From positions 28,148,001-28,212,000 of the forward strand of contig OZ024764.1 in NCBI GenBank assembly GCA_964016885.1: a stretch of 64,000 nucleotides of DNA, written 5' to 3'. A program made the position numbers and the translations under genes. The notes beneath the pieces are model-generated. The model had not been told where the DNA came from. It did not search any database and worked only from the letters and a program-made list of their open reading frames with translations. Below are positions 1 through 12,842 of this stretch, one piece after another. Within the stretch, counting starts at the first letter, position 1; each line of letters starts with the position of its first letter. Origin of the DNA: Eledone cirrhosa. Taxonomy: Eukaryota.

Positions 1-899
1 ACACTTTTGTGGGACAGCCCTTTGCCGCCTCTATTCAGCACTTCTACATGCTGTTTTGGGCAGGTCATCGAAGAGTGTATACATTTTTGTGGGACAGCCC
101 GTTGTCGCCTCTATTCAGCACTTCTAAATGCTGTTTTGTGCAGGTCATCGAAGAGCGTATACATTTTTATGGTACAGCCTGTTGTCGCCTCTATTCAGCA
201 CTTCTAAATGCTGTTTTATGCAGGTCATACAAGAGCGTATACATTTTTGTGGGACAGCTCATTGTCGCCTCCTTTCAGCACTTCTAAATGCTGCTTTGTG
301 CAGGTCATCGAAGAGCGTATACATTTTTGTGGGACAGCCCGTTGTCGCCTCTATTCAGCACTTCTAAATGCTGCTTTTTGCAGGTCATAGAAGAGCGTAT
401 ACATTTTTGTGGGACAGCCAGTTGTCGCCTCCTTACAGCACTTCTAAATGCTGTTTTGTGCAGGTCATCGAAGAGCGTATACATTTTTGTGGGACAGTCC
501 GTTGTCGCCTCTATTCAGCACTTCTACATGCTGTTTTGGGCAGGTCATCGAAGAGTGTATACATTTTTGTGGGACAGCCCGTTGTCGCCTCTATTCAGCA
601 CTTCTAAATGCTGTTTTGTGCAGGTCATCGAAGAGCGTATACATTTTTATGGAACAGCCTGTTGTCGCCTCTATTCAACACTTCTAAATGCTGTTTTATG
701 CAGGTCATACAAGAGCGTATACATTTTTGTGGGACAGCTCATTGTCGCCTCCTTTCAGCACTTCTAAATGCTGCTTTGTGCAGGTCATCGAAGAGCGTAT
801 ACATTTTTGTGGGACAGCCCGTTGTCGCCTCTATTCAGCACTTCTAAATGCTGCTTTTTGCAGGTCATAGAAGAGCGTATACATTTTTGTGGGACAGCC
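1..899 (+). repeat. Local 6-monomer (480-bp) higher-order repeat, about 1.9 copies
   Basis: The variant order TACATG/TTTGGG/GAGTGT, consensus, CCTGTT+ATACAA, CTCATT/CCTTTC, CTTTTT/ATAG, CCAGTT/CTTAC repeats at offset 480 (ORF starts 128/608, 208/688, 288/768). The same run recurs near 3530-4400 and 6480-7360. Confidence 0.85.
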
Positions 900-1715
900 C
901 GTTGTCGCCTCTATTCAGCACTCCTAAATGCTGTTTTATGCAGGTCATACAAGAGCGTATACATTTTTATGGGACAGCCCGTTGTCGCCTTTATTCAGCA
1001 CTTGCAAATGCTGTTTTGTGCATGTCATCGAAGAGCGTATACATTTTTGTGGGACAGCCCGTTGTCGCCTCTATTCAGCACTTCTAAATGCTGCTTTTTG
1101 CAGGTCATAGAAGAGCGTATACATTTTTCTGGGACAGCCAGTTGTCGCCTCCTTACAGCACTTCTAAATGCTGTTTTGTGCAGGTCATCGAAGAGCGTAT
1201 ACATTTTTGTGGGACAGTCCGTTGTCGCCTCTATTCAGCACTTCTACATGCTGTTTTGGGCAGGTCATCGAAGAGTGTATACATTTTTGTGGGACAGCCC
1301 GTTGTCGCCTCTATTCAGCACTTCTAAATGCTGTTTTGTGCAGGTCATCGAAGAGCGTATACATTTTTATGGGACAGCTCATTGTCGCCTCCTATCAGCA
1401 CTTCTAAATGCTGCTTTGTGCAGGTCATCGAAGAGCGTATACATTTTTGTGGGACAGCCCGTTGTCGCCTCTATTCAGCACTTCTAAATGCTGCTTTTTG
1501 CAGGTCATAGAAGAGCGTATACATTTTTGTGGGACAGCTCATTGTCGCCTCCTTTCAGCACTTCTAAATGCTGCTTTGTGCAGGTCATCGAAGAGCGTAT
1601 ACATTTTTGTGGGACAGCCCGTTGTCGCCTCTATTCATCACTTCTAAATGCTGCTTTTTGCAGGTCATAGAAGAGCGTATACATTTTTGTGGGACAGCCC
1701 GTTGTCGCCTCCCTA

Positions 1716-1733
1716 CAGCACTTCTAAGTGCTG
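1716..1733. other. Dyad-symmetry element CAGCACTT-CT-AAGTGCTG (example of the perfect 8-bp-arm form; an imperfect form is present in nearly every monomer)
   Basis: CAGCACTT and AAGTGCTG are exact reverse complements around a 2-nt centre. The majority form CAGCACTT-CT-AAATGCTG has one mismatch. Confidence 0.9.
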
Positions 1734-4700
1734 CTTTGTGCAGGTCATAGAAGAGCGTATACATTTTTATGGAACAGCCCTTTGACGCCTCTATTCATCA
1801 CTTCTAAATGCTGTTTTATGCAGGTCATCGAAGAGCGTATACATTTTTGTGGGACAGCCCGTTGTCGCCTCTATTCAGCACTTCTAAATGCTGTTTTATG
1901 CAGGTCATCGAAGAGCGTATACATTTTTGTGGGACAGCTCGTTGTTGCCTCCTTTCAGCACTTCTAAATGCTGCTTTGTGCAGGTCATCGAAGAGTGTAT
2001 ACATTTTTGTGGGACAGCCCGTTGTCACCTTTATTCAGCACTTGCAAATGCTGTTTTGTGCATGTCATCGAAGAGCGTATACATTTTTGTGGGACAGCCC
2101 GTTGTCGCCTCCCTACACCACTTCTAAGTGGTTTTGTGCAGGTCATAGAAGAGCGTATACATTTTTGTGGGACAGCCCGTTGTCGCCACTATTCAGCACT
2201 TCTAAATGCTGCTTGTGCAGGTCATCGAAGAGCGTATACATTTTTATGGGACAGCCCGTTGTCGCCTCTATTCAGTACTCCTAAATGCTGCTTTGTGCAG
2301 GTCATAGAAGAGCGTATACATTTTTGTGGGACAGCCCGTTGTCACCTCTATTCAGCACTTCTAAATGCTGCTTTTTGCAGGTCATAGAAGAGCGTATACA
2401 TTTTTGTGGGACAGCCCGTTGTCGCCTCTATTCAGCACTTCTACATGCTGTTTTGGGCGGGTCATCGAAGAGTGTATACATTTTTGTGGGACAGCCCGTT
2501 GTCGCCTCTATTCAACACTTCTAAATGCTGCTTTGTGCAGGTCATCGAAGAGCGTATACATTTTTGTGGGACAGCCCGTTGTCGCCTCTATTCAGCACTT
2601 CTAAATGCTGCTTTTTGCAGGTCATAGAAGAGCGTATACATTTTTGTGGGACAGCCCGTTGTCGCCTCTATTCAGCACTTCTAAATGCTGCTTTTTGCAG
2701 GTCATAGAAGAGCGTATACATTTTTGTGGGACAGCCCGTTGTCGCCTCCCTACAGCACTTGTAAGTGCTGCTTTGTGCAGGTCATCGAAGAGCGTATACA
2801 TTTTTGTGGGACAGCCCGTTGTCGCTTCCCTACAGCACTTCTAAGTGCTGCTTTGTGCAGCTCATAGAAGAGCGTATACATTTTTGTGGGACAGCCCGTT
2901 GTCGCCTCTATTCAGCACTTCTAAATGCTGCTTTGTGCAGGTCGTAGAAGAGCATATACATTTTTGTGGGACAGCCCATTGTCGCCTCTATTCAGCACTG
3001 CTAAATGCTGTTTTGTGCAGGTCATCGAAGAGCGTATACATTTTTATGGGACAGCCCGTTGTCGCCACTATTCAGCACTTCTAAATGCTGTTTTATGCAG
3101 GTCATACAAGAGCGTATACATTTTTGTGGGACAGCTCGTTGTCGCCTCCTTTCAGCACTTCTAAATGCTGCTTTGTGCAGGTCATCGAAGAGTGTATACA
3201 TTTTTGTGGGACAGCCCATTGCCGCCTCTATTCAGCACTTCTAAATGCTGTTTTGGGCAGGTCATAGAAGAGCGTATACATTTTTGTGGGACAGCCCTTT
3301 GACGCCTCTATTCAGCACTTCTAAATGCTGTTTTATGCAGGTCATCGAAGAGCGTATACATTTTTGTGGGACAGCCCGTTGTCGCCTCTATTCAGTACTC
3401 CTAAATGCTGTTTTATGCAGGTCATACAAGAGCGTATACATTTTTGTGGGACAGCTCGTTGTCGCCTCCTTTCAGCACTTCTAAATGCTGCTTTGTGCAG
3501 GTCATCGAAGAGCGTATACACTTTTGTGGGACAGCCCTTTGCCGCCTCTATTCAGCACTTCTACATGCTGTTTTGGGCAGGTCATCGAAGAGTGTATACA
3601 TTTTTGTGGGACAGCCCGTTGTCGCCTCTATTCAGCACTTCTAAATGCTGTTTTGTGCAGGTCATCGAAGAGCGTATACATTTTTATGGCACAGCCTGTT
3701 GTCGCCTCTATTCAGCACTTCTAAATGCTGTTTTATGCAGGTCATACAAGAGCGTATACATTTTTGTGGGTCAGCTCATTGTCGCCTCCTTTCAGCACTT
3801 CTAAATGCTGCTTTGTGCAGGTCATCGAAGAGCGTATACATTTTTGTGGGACAGCCCTTTGTCGCCTCTATTCAGCACTTCTAAATGCTGCTTTTTGCAG
3901 GTCATAGAAGAGCGTATACATTTTTGTGGGACAGCCAGTTGTCGCCTCCTTACAGCACTTCTAAATGCTGTTTTGTGCAGGTCATCGAAGAGCGTATACA
4001 TTTTTGTGGGACAGTCCGTTGTCGCCTCTATTCAGCACTTCTACATGCTGTTTTGGGCAGGTCATCGAAGAGTGTATACATTTTTGTGGGACAGCCCGTT
4101 GCCTCTATTCAGCACTTCTAAATGCTGTTTTGTGCAGGTCATCGAAGAGCGTATACATTTTTATGGGACAGCCTGTTGTCGCCTCTATTCAGCACTTCTA
4201 AATGCTGTTTTATGCAGGTCATACAAGAGCGTATACATTTTTGTGGGACAGCTCATTGTTGCCTCCTTTCAGCACTTCTAAATGCTGCTTTGTGCAGGTC
4301 ATCGAAGAGCGTATACATTTTTGTGGGACAGCCCGTTGTCGCCTCTATTCAGCACTTCTAAATGCTGCTTTTTGCAGGTCATAGAAGAGCGTATACATTT
4401 TTGTGGGACAGCCCGTTGTCGCCTCTATTCAGCACTTCAACATGCTGTTTTGTGCAGGTCATCGAAGAGTGTATACATTTTTGTGGGACAGCCCGTTGTC
4501 GCCTCCCTACAGCACTTCTAAGTGCTGCTTTGTGCAGGTCATAGAAGAGCGTATACATGTTTGTGGGACAGCCCGTTGTCGCCTCTATTCAACACTCCTA
4601 AATGCTGTTTTATGCAGGTCATACAAGAGCGTATACATTTTTATGGGACAGCCCGTTGTCGCCTTTATTCAGCACTTGCAAATGCTGTTTTGTGCATGTC

Positions 4701-7700
4701 ATCGAAGAGCGTATACATTTTTGTGGGACAGCCCGTTGTCGCCTCTATTCAGTACTCCTAAATGCTGCTTTGTGCAGGTCATAGAAGAGCGTATACATTT
4801 TTGTGGGACAGCCCGTTGTCACCTCTATTCAGCACTTCTAAATGCTGCTTTTTGCAGGTCATAGAAGAGCGTATACATTTTTGTGGGACAGCCCGTTGTC
4901 GCCTCTATTCAGCACTTCTACATGCTGTTTTGGGCAGGTCATCGAAGAGTGTATACATTTTTGTGGGACAGCCCGTTGTCGCCTCTATTCAGCACTTCTA
5001 AATGCTGCTTTGTGCAGGTCATCGAAGAGCGTATACATTTTTGTGGGACAGCCCGTTGTCACCTCTATTCAGCACTTCTAAATGCTGCTTTTTGCAGGTC
5101 ATAGAAGAGCGTATACATTTTTGTGGGACAGCCCGTTGTCGTCTCTATTCAGCACTTCTAAATGCTGCTTTTTGCAGGTCATAGAAGAGCGTATACATTT
5201 TTGTGGGACAGCCAGTTGTCGCCTCCTTACAGCACTTCTAAATGCTGTTTTGGGCAGGTCATAGAAGAGCGTATACATTTTTGTGGGACAGCCCGTTGTC
5301 GCCACTATTCAGCACTTCTAAATGCTGTTTTGTGCAGGTCATCGAAGAGCGTATACATTTTTATGGGACAGCCCGTTGTTGCCACTATTCAGCACTTCTA
5401 AATGCTGTTTTGTGCAGGTCATCGAAGAGCGTATACATTTTTGTGGGACAGCTCGTTGTCGCCTCCCTACAGCACTTGTAAGTGCTGCTTTGTGCAGGTC
5501 ATCGAAGAGCGTATACATTTTTGTGGGACAGCCCGTTGTCGCTTCCCTACAGCACTTCTAAGTGCTGCTTTGTGCAGCTCATAGAAGAGCGTATACATTT
5601 TTGTGGGACAGCCCGTTGTCGCCTCTATTCAACACTTCTAAATGCTGCTTTGTGCAGGTCGTAGAAGAGCATATACATTTTTGTGGGACAGCCCATTGTC
5701 GCCTCTATTCAGCACTGCTAAATGCTGTTTTGTGCAGGTCATCGAAGAGCGTATACATTTTTATGGGACAGCCCGTTGTCGCCACTATTCAGCACTTCTA
5801 AATGCTGTTTTATGCAGGTCATACAAGAGCGTATACATTTTTGTGGGACAGCTCGTTGTCGCCTCCTTTCAGCACTTCTAAATGCTGCTTTGTGCAGGTC
5901 ATCGAAGAGTGTATACATTTTTGTGGGACAGCCCATTGCCGCCTCTATTCAGCAATCCTAAATGCTGTTTTGTGCAGGTCATAGAAGAACGTATACATTT
6001 TTGTGGGACAGCACGTTGTCGCCTCCTTACAACACTTGTAAATGCTGTTTTGTGCAGGTCATCGAAGAGCGTATACATTTTTGTGGGACAGCCCGTTGTC
6101 GCCTCTATTCAGCACTCCTAAATGCTGTTTTATGCAGGTCATACAAGAGCGTATACATTTTTGTGGGACAGCCCGTTGTCGCCTCCTTACAACACTTCTA
6201 AATGCTGCTTTGTGCAGGTCATCGAAGAGTGTATACATTTTTGTGGGACAGCCCATTGCCGCCTCTATTCAGCACTTCTAAATGCTGTTTTATGCAGGTC
6301 ATCGAAGAGCGTATACATTTTTGTGGGACAGCCCGTTGTCGCCTCTATTCAGTACTCCTAAATGCTGTTTTATGCAGGTCATACAAGAGCGTATACATTT
6401 TTGTGGGACAGCTCGTTGTCGCCTCCTTTCAGCACTTCTAAATGCTGCTTTGTGCAGGTCATCGAAGAGCGTATACACTTTTGTGGGACAGCCCTTTGCC
6501 GCCTCTATTCAGCACTTCTACATGCTGTTTTGGGCAGGTCATCGAAGAGTGTATACATTTTTGTGGGACAGCCCGTTGTCGCCTCTATTCAGCACTTCTA
6601 AATGCTGTTTTGTGCAGGTCATCGAAGAGCGTATACATTTTTATGGGACAGCCTGTTGTCGCCTCTATTCAGCACTTCTAAATGGTTTTATGCAGGTCAT
6701 ACAAGAGCGTATACATTTTTGTGGGACAGCTCATTGTCGCCTCCTTTCAGCACTTCTAAATGCTGCTTTGTGCAGGTCATCGAAGAGCGTATACATTTTT
6801 GTGGGACAGCCCGTTGTCGCCTCTATTCAGCACTTCTAAATGCTGCTTTTTGCAGGTCATAGAAGAGCGTATACATTTTTGTGGGACAGCCAGTTGTCGC
6901 CTCCTTACAGCACTTCTAAATGCTGTTTTGTGCAGGTCATCGAAGAGCGTATACATTTTTGTGGGACAGTCCGTTGTCGCCTCTATTCAGCACTTCTACA
7001 TGCTGTTTTGGGCAGGTCATCGAAGAGTGTATACATTTTTGTGGGACAGCCCGTTGTCGCCTCTATTCAGCACTTCTAAATGCTGTTTTGTGCAGGTCAT
7101 CGAAGAGCGTATACATTTTTATGGGACAGCCTGTTGTCGCCTCTATTCAGCACTTCTAAATGCTGTTTTATGCAGGTCATACAAGAGCGTATACATTTTT
7201 GTGGGACAGCTCATTGTCGCCTCCTTTCAGCACTTCTAAATGCTGCTTTGTGCAGGTCATCGAAGAGCGTATACATTTTTGTGGGACAGCCCGTTGTCGC
7301 CTCTATTCAGCACTTCTAAATGCTGCTTTTTGCAGGTCATAGAAGAGCGTATACATTTTTGTGGGACAGCCCGTTGTCGCCTCTATTCAGCACTTCAACA
7401 TGCTGTTTTGTGCAGGTCATCGAAGAGTGTATACATTTTTGTGGGACAGCCCGTTGTCGCCTCCCTACAGCACTTCTAAGTGCTGCTTTGTGCAGGTCAT
7501 AGAAGAGCGTATACATTTTTGTGGGACAGCCCGTTGTCGCCTCTATTCAGCACTCCTAAATGCTGTTTTATGCAGGTCATACAAGAGCGTATACATTTTT
7601 ATGGGACAGCCCGTTGTCGCCTTTATTCAGCACTTGCAAATGCTGTTTTGTGCATGTCATCGAAGAGCGTATACATTTTTGTGGGACAGCCCGTTGTCGC

Positions 7701-9152
7701 CTCTATTCACCACTTCTAAATGCTGCTTTTTGCAGGTCATAGAAGAGCGTATACATTTTTGTGGGACAGCCAGTTGTCGCCTCCTTACAGCACTTCTAAA
7801 TGCTGTTTTGTGCAGGTCATCGAAGAGCGTATACATTTTTGTGGGACAGTCCGTTGTCGCTTCTATTCAGCACTTCTACATGCTGTTTTGGGCAGGTCAT
7901 CGAAGAGTGTATACATTTTTGTGGGACAGCCTGTTGTCGCCTCTATTCAGCACTTCTAAATGCTGTTTTGTGCAGGTCATCGAAGAGCGTATACATTTTT
8001 ATGGGACAGCTTATTGTCGCCTCCTTTCAGCACTTCTAAATGCTGCTTTGTGCAGGTCATCGAAGAGCGTATACATTTTTGTGGGACAGCCCGTTGTCGC
8101 CTCTATTCAGCACTTCTAAATGCTGCTTTTTGCAGGTCATAGAAGAGCGTATACATTTTTGTGGGACAGCTCATTGTCGCCTCCTTTCAGCACTTCTAAA
8201 TGCTGCTTTGTGCAGGTCATCGAAGAGCGTATACATTTTTGTGGGACAGCCCGTTGTCGCCTCTATTCAGCTCTTCTAAATGCTGCTTTTTGCAGGTCAT
8301 AGAAGAGCGTATACATTTTTGTGGGACAGCCCGTTGTCGCCTCCCTACAGCACTTCTAAGTGCTGCTTTGTGCAGGTCATCGAAGAGCGTATACATTTTT
8401 ATGGGACAGCCCGTTGTTGCCACTATTCAGCACTTCTAAATGCTGTTTTGTGCAGGTCATCGAAGAGCGTATACATTTTTGTGGGACAGCCCGTTGTCGC
8501 CTCCCTACAGCACTTCTAAGTGCTGCTTTGTGCAGGTCATCGAAGAGCGTATACATTTTTGTGGGACAGCCCGTTGTCGCTTCCCTACAGCACTTCTAAG
8601 TGCTGCTTTGTGCAGCTCATAGAAGTGTATACATTTTTGTGGGACAGCCCGTTGTCGCCTCTATTCAGCACTTCTAAATGCTGTTTTGTGCAGGTCATAG
8701 AAGAGCGTATACATTTTTGTGGGACAGCCCGTTGTCGCCTCTATTCACCACTTCTAAATGCTGTTTTATGCAGGTCATACAAGAGCGTATACATTTTTGT
8801 GGGACAGCTCGTTGTCGCCTCCTTTCAGCACTTCTAAATGCAGCTTGTGCAGGTCATCGAAGAGCGTATACATTTTTATGGGACAGCCCGTTGTCGCCTC
8901 TATTCAGTACTCCTAAATGCTGTTTTATGCAGGTCATACAAGAGCGTATACATTTTTGAGGGACAGCCCGTTGTCGCCTCCCTACAGCACTTCTAAGTGC
9001 TGCTTTGTGCAGGTCATAGAAGAGTGTATACATTTTTGTGGGACAGCCCGTTGTCGCCTCTATTCAGCACTTCTAAATGCTGCTTTTTGCAGGTCATAGA
9101 AGAGCGTATACATTTTTGTGGGACAGCCAGTTGTCGCCTCCTTACAGCACTT

Positions 9153-10640
9153 CTAAATGCTGTTTTGTGCAGGTCATCGAAGAGCGTATACATTTTTGTG
9201 AGACAGCCCTTTGCCGCCTCTATTCAGCACTTCTAAATGCTGTTTGGGCATGTCATAGAAGAGCGTATACATTTTTGTGGGACAGCCCGTTGTTGCCTCC
9301 CTACAGCACTTCTAAGTGCTGCTTTGTGCAGGTCATAGAAGAGCGTATACATTTGTGTGGGACAGCCCGTTGTCGCCTCCTTACAGCACTTCTAAATGCT
9401 GTTTTGTGCAGGTCATCGAAGAGCGTATACATTTTTGTGGGACAGCCCTTTGACGCCTCTATTCATCACTTCTAAATGCTGTTTTATGCAGGTCATCGAA
9501 GAGCGTATACATTTTTGTGGGACAGCCCGTTGTCGCCTCTATTCAGCACTTCTAAATGCTGTTTTATGCAGGTCATCGAAGAGCGTATACATTTTTGTGG
9601 GACAGCTCGTTGTTGCCTCCTTTCAGCACTTCTAAGTGGTTTTGTGCAGGTCATAGAAGAGCGTATACATTTTTATGGGACAGCCCGTTGTTGCCACTAT
9701 TCAGCACTTCTAAATGCTGTTTTGTGCAGGTCATCGAAGAGCGTATACATTTTTGTGGGACAGCCCGTTGTCGCCTCCCTACAGCACTTCTAAGTGCTGC
9801 TTTGTGCAGGTCATCGAAGAGCGTATACATTTTTGTGGGACAGCCCGTTGTCGCTTCCCTACAGCACTTCTAAGTGCTGCTTTGTGCAGCTCATAGAAGA
9901 GCGTATACATTTTTGTGGGACAGCCCGTTGTTGCCTCTATTCAGCACTTCTAAATGCTGCTTTGTGCAGGTCGTAGAAGAGCATATACATTTTTGTGGGA
10001 CAGCCCATTGTCGCCTCTATTCAGCACTGCTAAATGCTGTTTTGTGCAGGTCATCGAAGAGCGTATACATTTTTGTGAGACAGCCCTTTGCCGCCTCTAT
10101 TCAGCACTTCTAAATGCTGTTTGGGCATGTCATAGAAGAGCGTATACATTTTTGTGGGACAGCCCGTTGTTGCCTCCCTACAGCACTTCTAAGTGCTGCT
10201 TTGTGCAGGTCATAGAAGAGCGTATACATTTGTGTGGGACAGCCCGTTGTCGCCTCCTTACAGCACTTCTAAATGCTGTTTTGTGCAGGTCATCGAAGAG
10301 CGTATACATTTTTGTGGGACAGCCCTTTGACGCCTCTATTCATCACTTCTAAATGCTGTTTTATGCAGGTCATCGAAGAGCGTATACATTTTTGTGGGAC
10401 AGCCCGTTGTCGCCTCTATTCAGCACTTCTAAATGCTGTTTTATGCAGGTCATCGAAGAGCGTATACATTTTTGTGGGACAGCTCGTTGTTGCCTCCTTT
10501 CAGCACTTCTAAGTGGTTTTGTGCAGGTCATAGAAGAGCGTATACATTTTTATGGGACAGCCCGTTGTTGCCACTATTCAGCACTTCTAAATGCTGTTTT
10601 GTGCAGGTCATCGAAGAGCGTATACATTTTTGTGGGACAG
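9153..10640 (+). repeat. Block duplication with 877-bp (11-monomer) offset; shared segment about 9153-9763 and 10030-10640
   Basis: Private markers occur in both copies at offset 877: TTTGTGAGACAG (~9200/10077), TTTGGGCATGTC (~9245/10122) and ATTTGTGTGGG (~9351/10228). ORF starts 9396/10273 and 9476/10353 agree. Confidence 0.9.
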
Positions 10641-12842
10641 CTCGTTGTTGCCTCCTTTCAGCACTTCTAAGTGGTTTTGTGCAGGTCATAGAAGAGCGTA
10701 TACATTTTTATGGGACAGCCCGTTGTCGCCTCTATTCAGTACTCCTAAATGCTGCTTTGTGCAGGTCATAGAAGAGCGTATACATTTTTGTGGGACAGCC
10801 CGTTGTCACCTCTATTCAACACTTCTAAATGCTGCTTTTTGCAGGTCATAGAAGAGCGTAATTTTTGTGGGACAGCCAGTTGTCGCCTCCTTACAGCACT
10901 TCTAAGTGCTGTTTTGTGCAGGTCATAGAAGAGCGTATACATTTTTGTGGGACAGCCCGTTGTCGCCTCTATTCAGCACTTCTACATGCTGTTTTGGGCA
11001 GGTCATCGAAGAGTGTATACATTTTTGTGGGACAGCCCGTTGTCGCCTCTATTCAGCACTTCTAAATGCTGCTTTGTGCAGGTCATCGAAGAGCGTATAC
11101 ATTTTTGTGGGACAGCCCGTTGTCGCCTCCCTACAGCATTTCTAAGTGCTGCTTCGTGCAGGTCATAGAAGAGCGTATACATTTTTGTGGGACAGCCCGT
11201 TGTCGCCTCTATTCAGCACTCCTAAATGCTGTTTTATGCAGGTCATACAAGAGCGTATACATTTTTATGGGACAGCCCGTTGTCGCCTCTATTCAGCACT
11301 TCAAATGCTGCTTTTGCAGGTCATAGAAGAGCGTATACATTTTTGTGGGACAGCCAGTTGTCGCCTCCTTACAGCACTTCTAAATGCTGTTTTGTGCAGG
11401 TCATCGAAGAGCGTATACATTTTTGTGGGACAGTCCGTTGTCGCCTCTATTCAGCACTTCTACATGCTGTTTTGGGCAGGTCATCGAAGAGTGTATACAT
11501 TTTTGTGGGACAGCCCGTTGTCGCCTCTATTCAGCACTTCTAAATGCTGTTTTGTGCAGGTCATCGAAGAGCGTATACATTTTTATGGGACAGCCCGTTG
11601 TCGCCTCCCTACAGCACTTCTAAGTGCTGCTTTGTGCAGGTCATAGAAGAGCGTATACATTTTTATGGGACAGCCCGTTGTCGCCACTATTCAGCACTTC
11701 TAAATGCTGTTTTGTGCAGGTCATCGAAGAGCGTATACATTTTTATGGGACAGCCCGTTGTTGCCACTATTCAGCACTTCTAAATGCTGTTTTGTGCAGG
11801 TCATCGAAGAGCGTATACATTTTTGTGGGACAGCCCGTTGTCGCCTCCCTACATCACTTCTAAGTGTTGCTTTGTGCAGGTCATCGAAGAGCGTATACAT
11901 TTTTGTGGGACAGCCCGTTGTCGCCTCTATTCAGCACTTCTAAATGCTGCTTTTTGCAGGTCATAGAAGAGCGTATACATTTTTGTGGGACAGCCCGTTG
12001 TCGCCTCTATTCAGCACTTCAACATGCTGTTTTGTGCAGGTCATCGAAGAGTGTATACATTTTTGTGGGACAGCCCGTTGTCGCCTCCCTACAGCACTTC
12101 TAAGTGCTGCTTTGTGCAGGTCATAGAAGAGCGTATACATTTTTGTGGGACAGCCCGTTGTCGCCTCTATTCAGCACTTCTAAGTGCTGCTTTGTGCAGG
12201 TCATAGAAGAGCGTATACATTTTTGTGGGACAGCCCGTTGTCGCCACTATTCAGCACTTCTAAATGCTGTTTTGTGCAGGTCATCGAAGAGCGTATACAT
12301 TTTTGTGGGACAGCCCTTTGACGCCTCTATTCATCACTTCTAAATGCTGTTTTATGCAGGTCATCGAAGAGCGTATACATTTTTGTGGGACAGCCCGTTG
12401 TCGCCTTTATTCAGCACTTGCAAATGCTGTTTTGTGCATGTCATCGAAGAGCGTATACATTTTTGTGGGACAGCCCGTTGTCGCCTCCCTACACCACTTC
12501 TAAGTGGTTTTGTGCAGGTCATAGAAGAGCGTATACATTTTTGTGGGACAGCCAGTTGTCGCCTCCTTACAGCACTTCTAAATGCTGTTTTGTGCAGGTC
12601 ATCGAAGAGCGTATACATTTTTGTGGGACAGCCCTTTGCCGCCTCTATTCAACACTTATAAATGCTGTTTGGGCAGGTCATAGAAGAGCGTATACATTTT
12701 TGTGGGACAGCCCGTTGTCGCCTCTATTCAGCACTTCTACATGCTGTTTTGGGCAGGTCATCGAAGAGTGTATACATTTTTGTGGGACAGCCCGTTGTCG
12801 CCTCTATTCAGCACTTCTAAATGCTGCTTTGTGCAGGTCATC

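Noticed and set aside
97-113. CENP-B box-like motif (minus strand ...GGCGACAACGGGC)
   Set aside because: Only the CGGG part matches NTTCGNNNNANNCGGGN. The TTCG and the conserved A are absent.
142-147. AGGTCA nuclear-receptor half-site and TGTGGGA CSL/TCP-like motif in each monomer as regulatory sites
   Set aside because: These are short single half-sites or imperfect matches expected by chance in an 80-mer. There is no paired element and no gene context.
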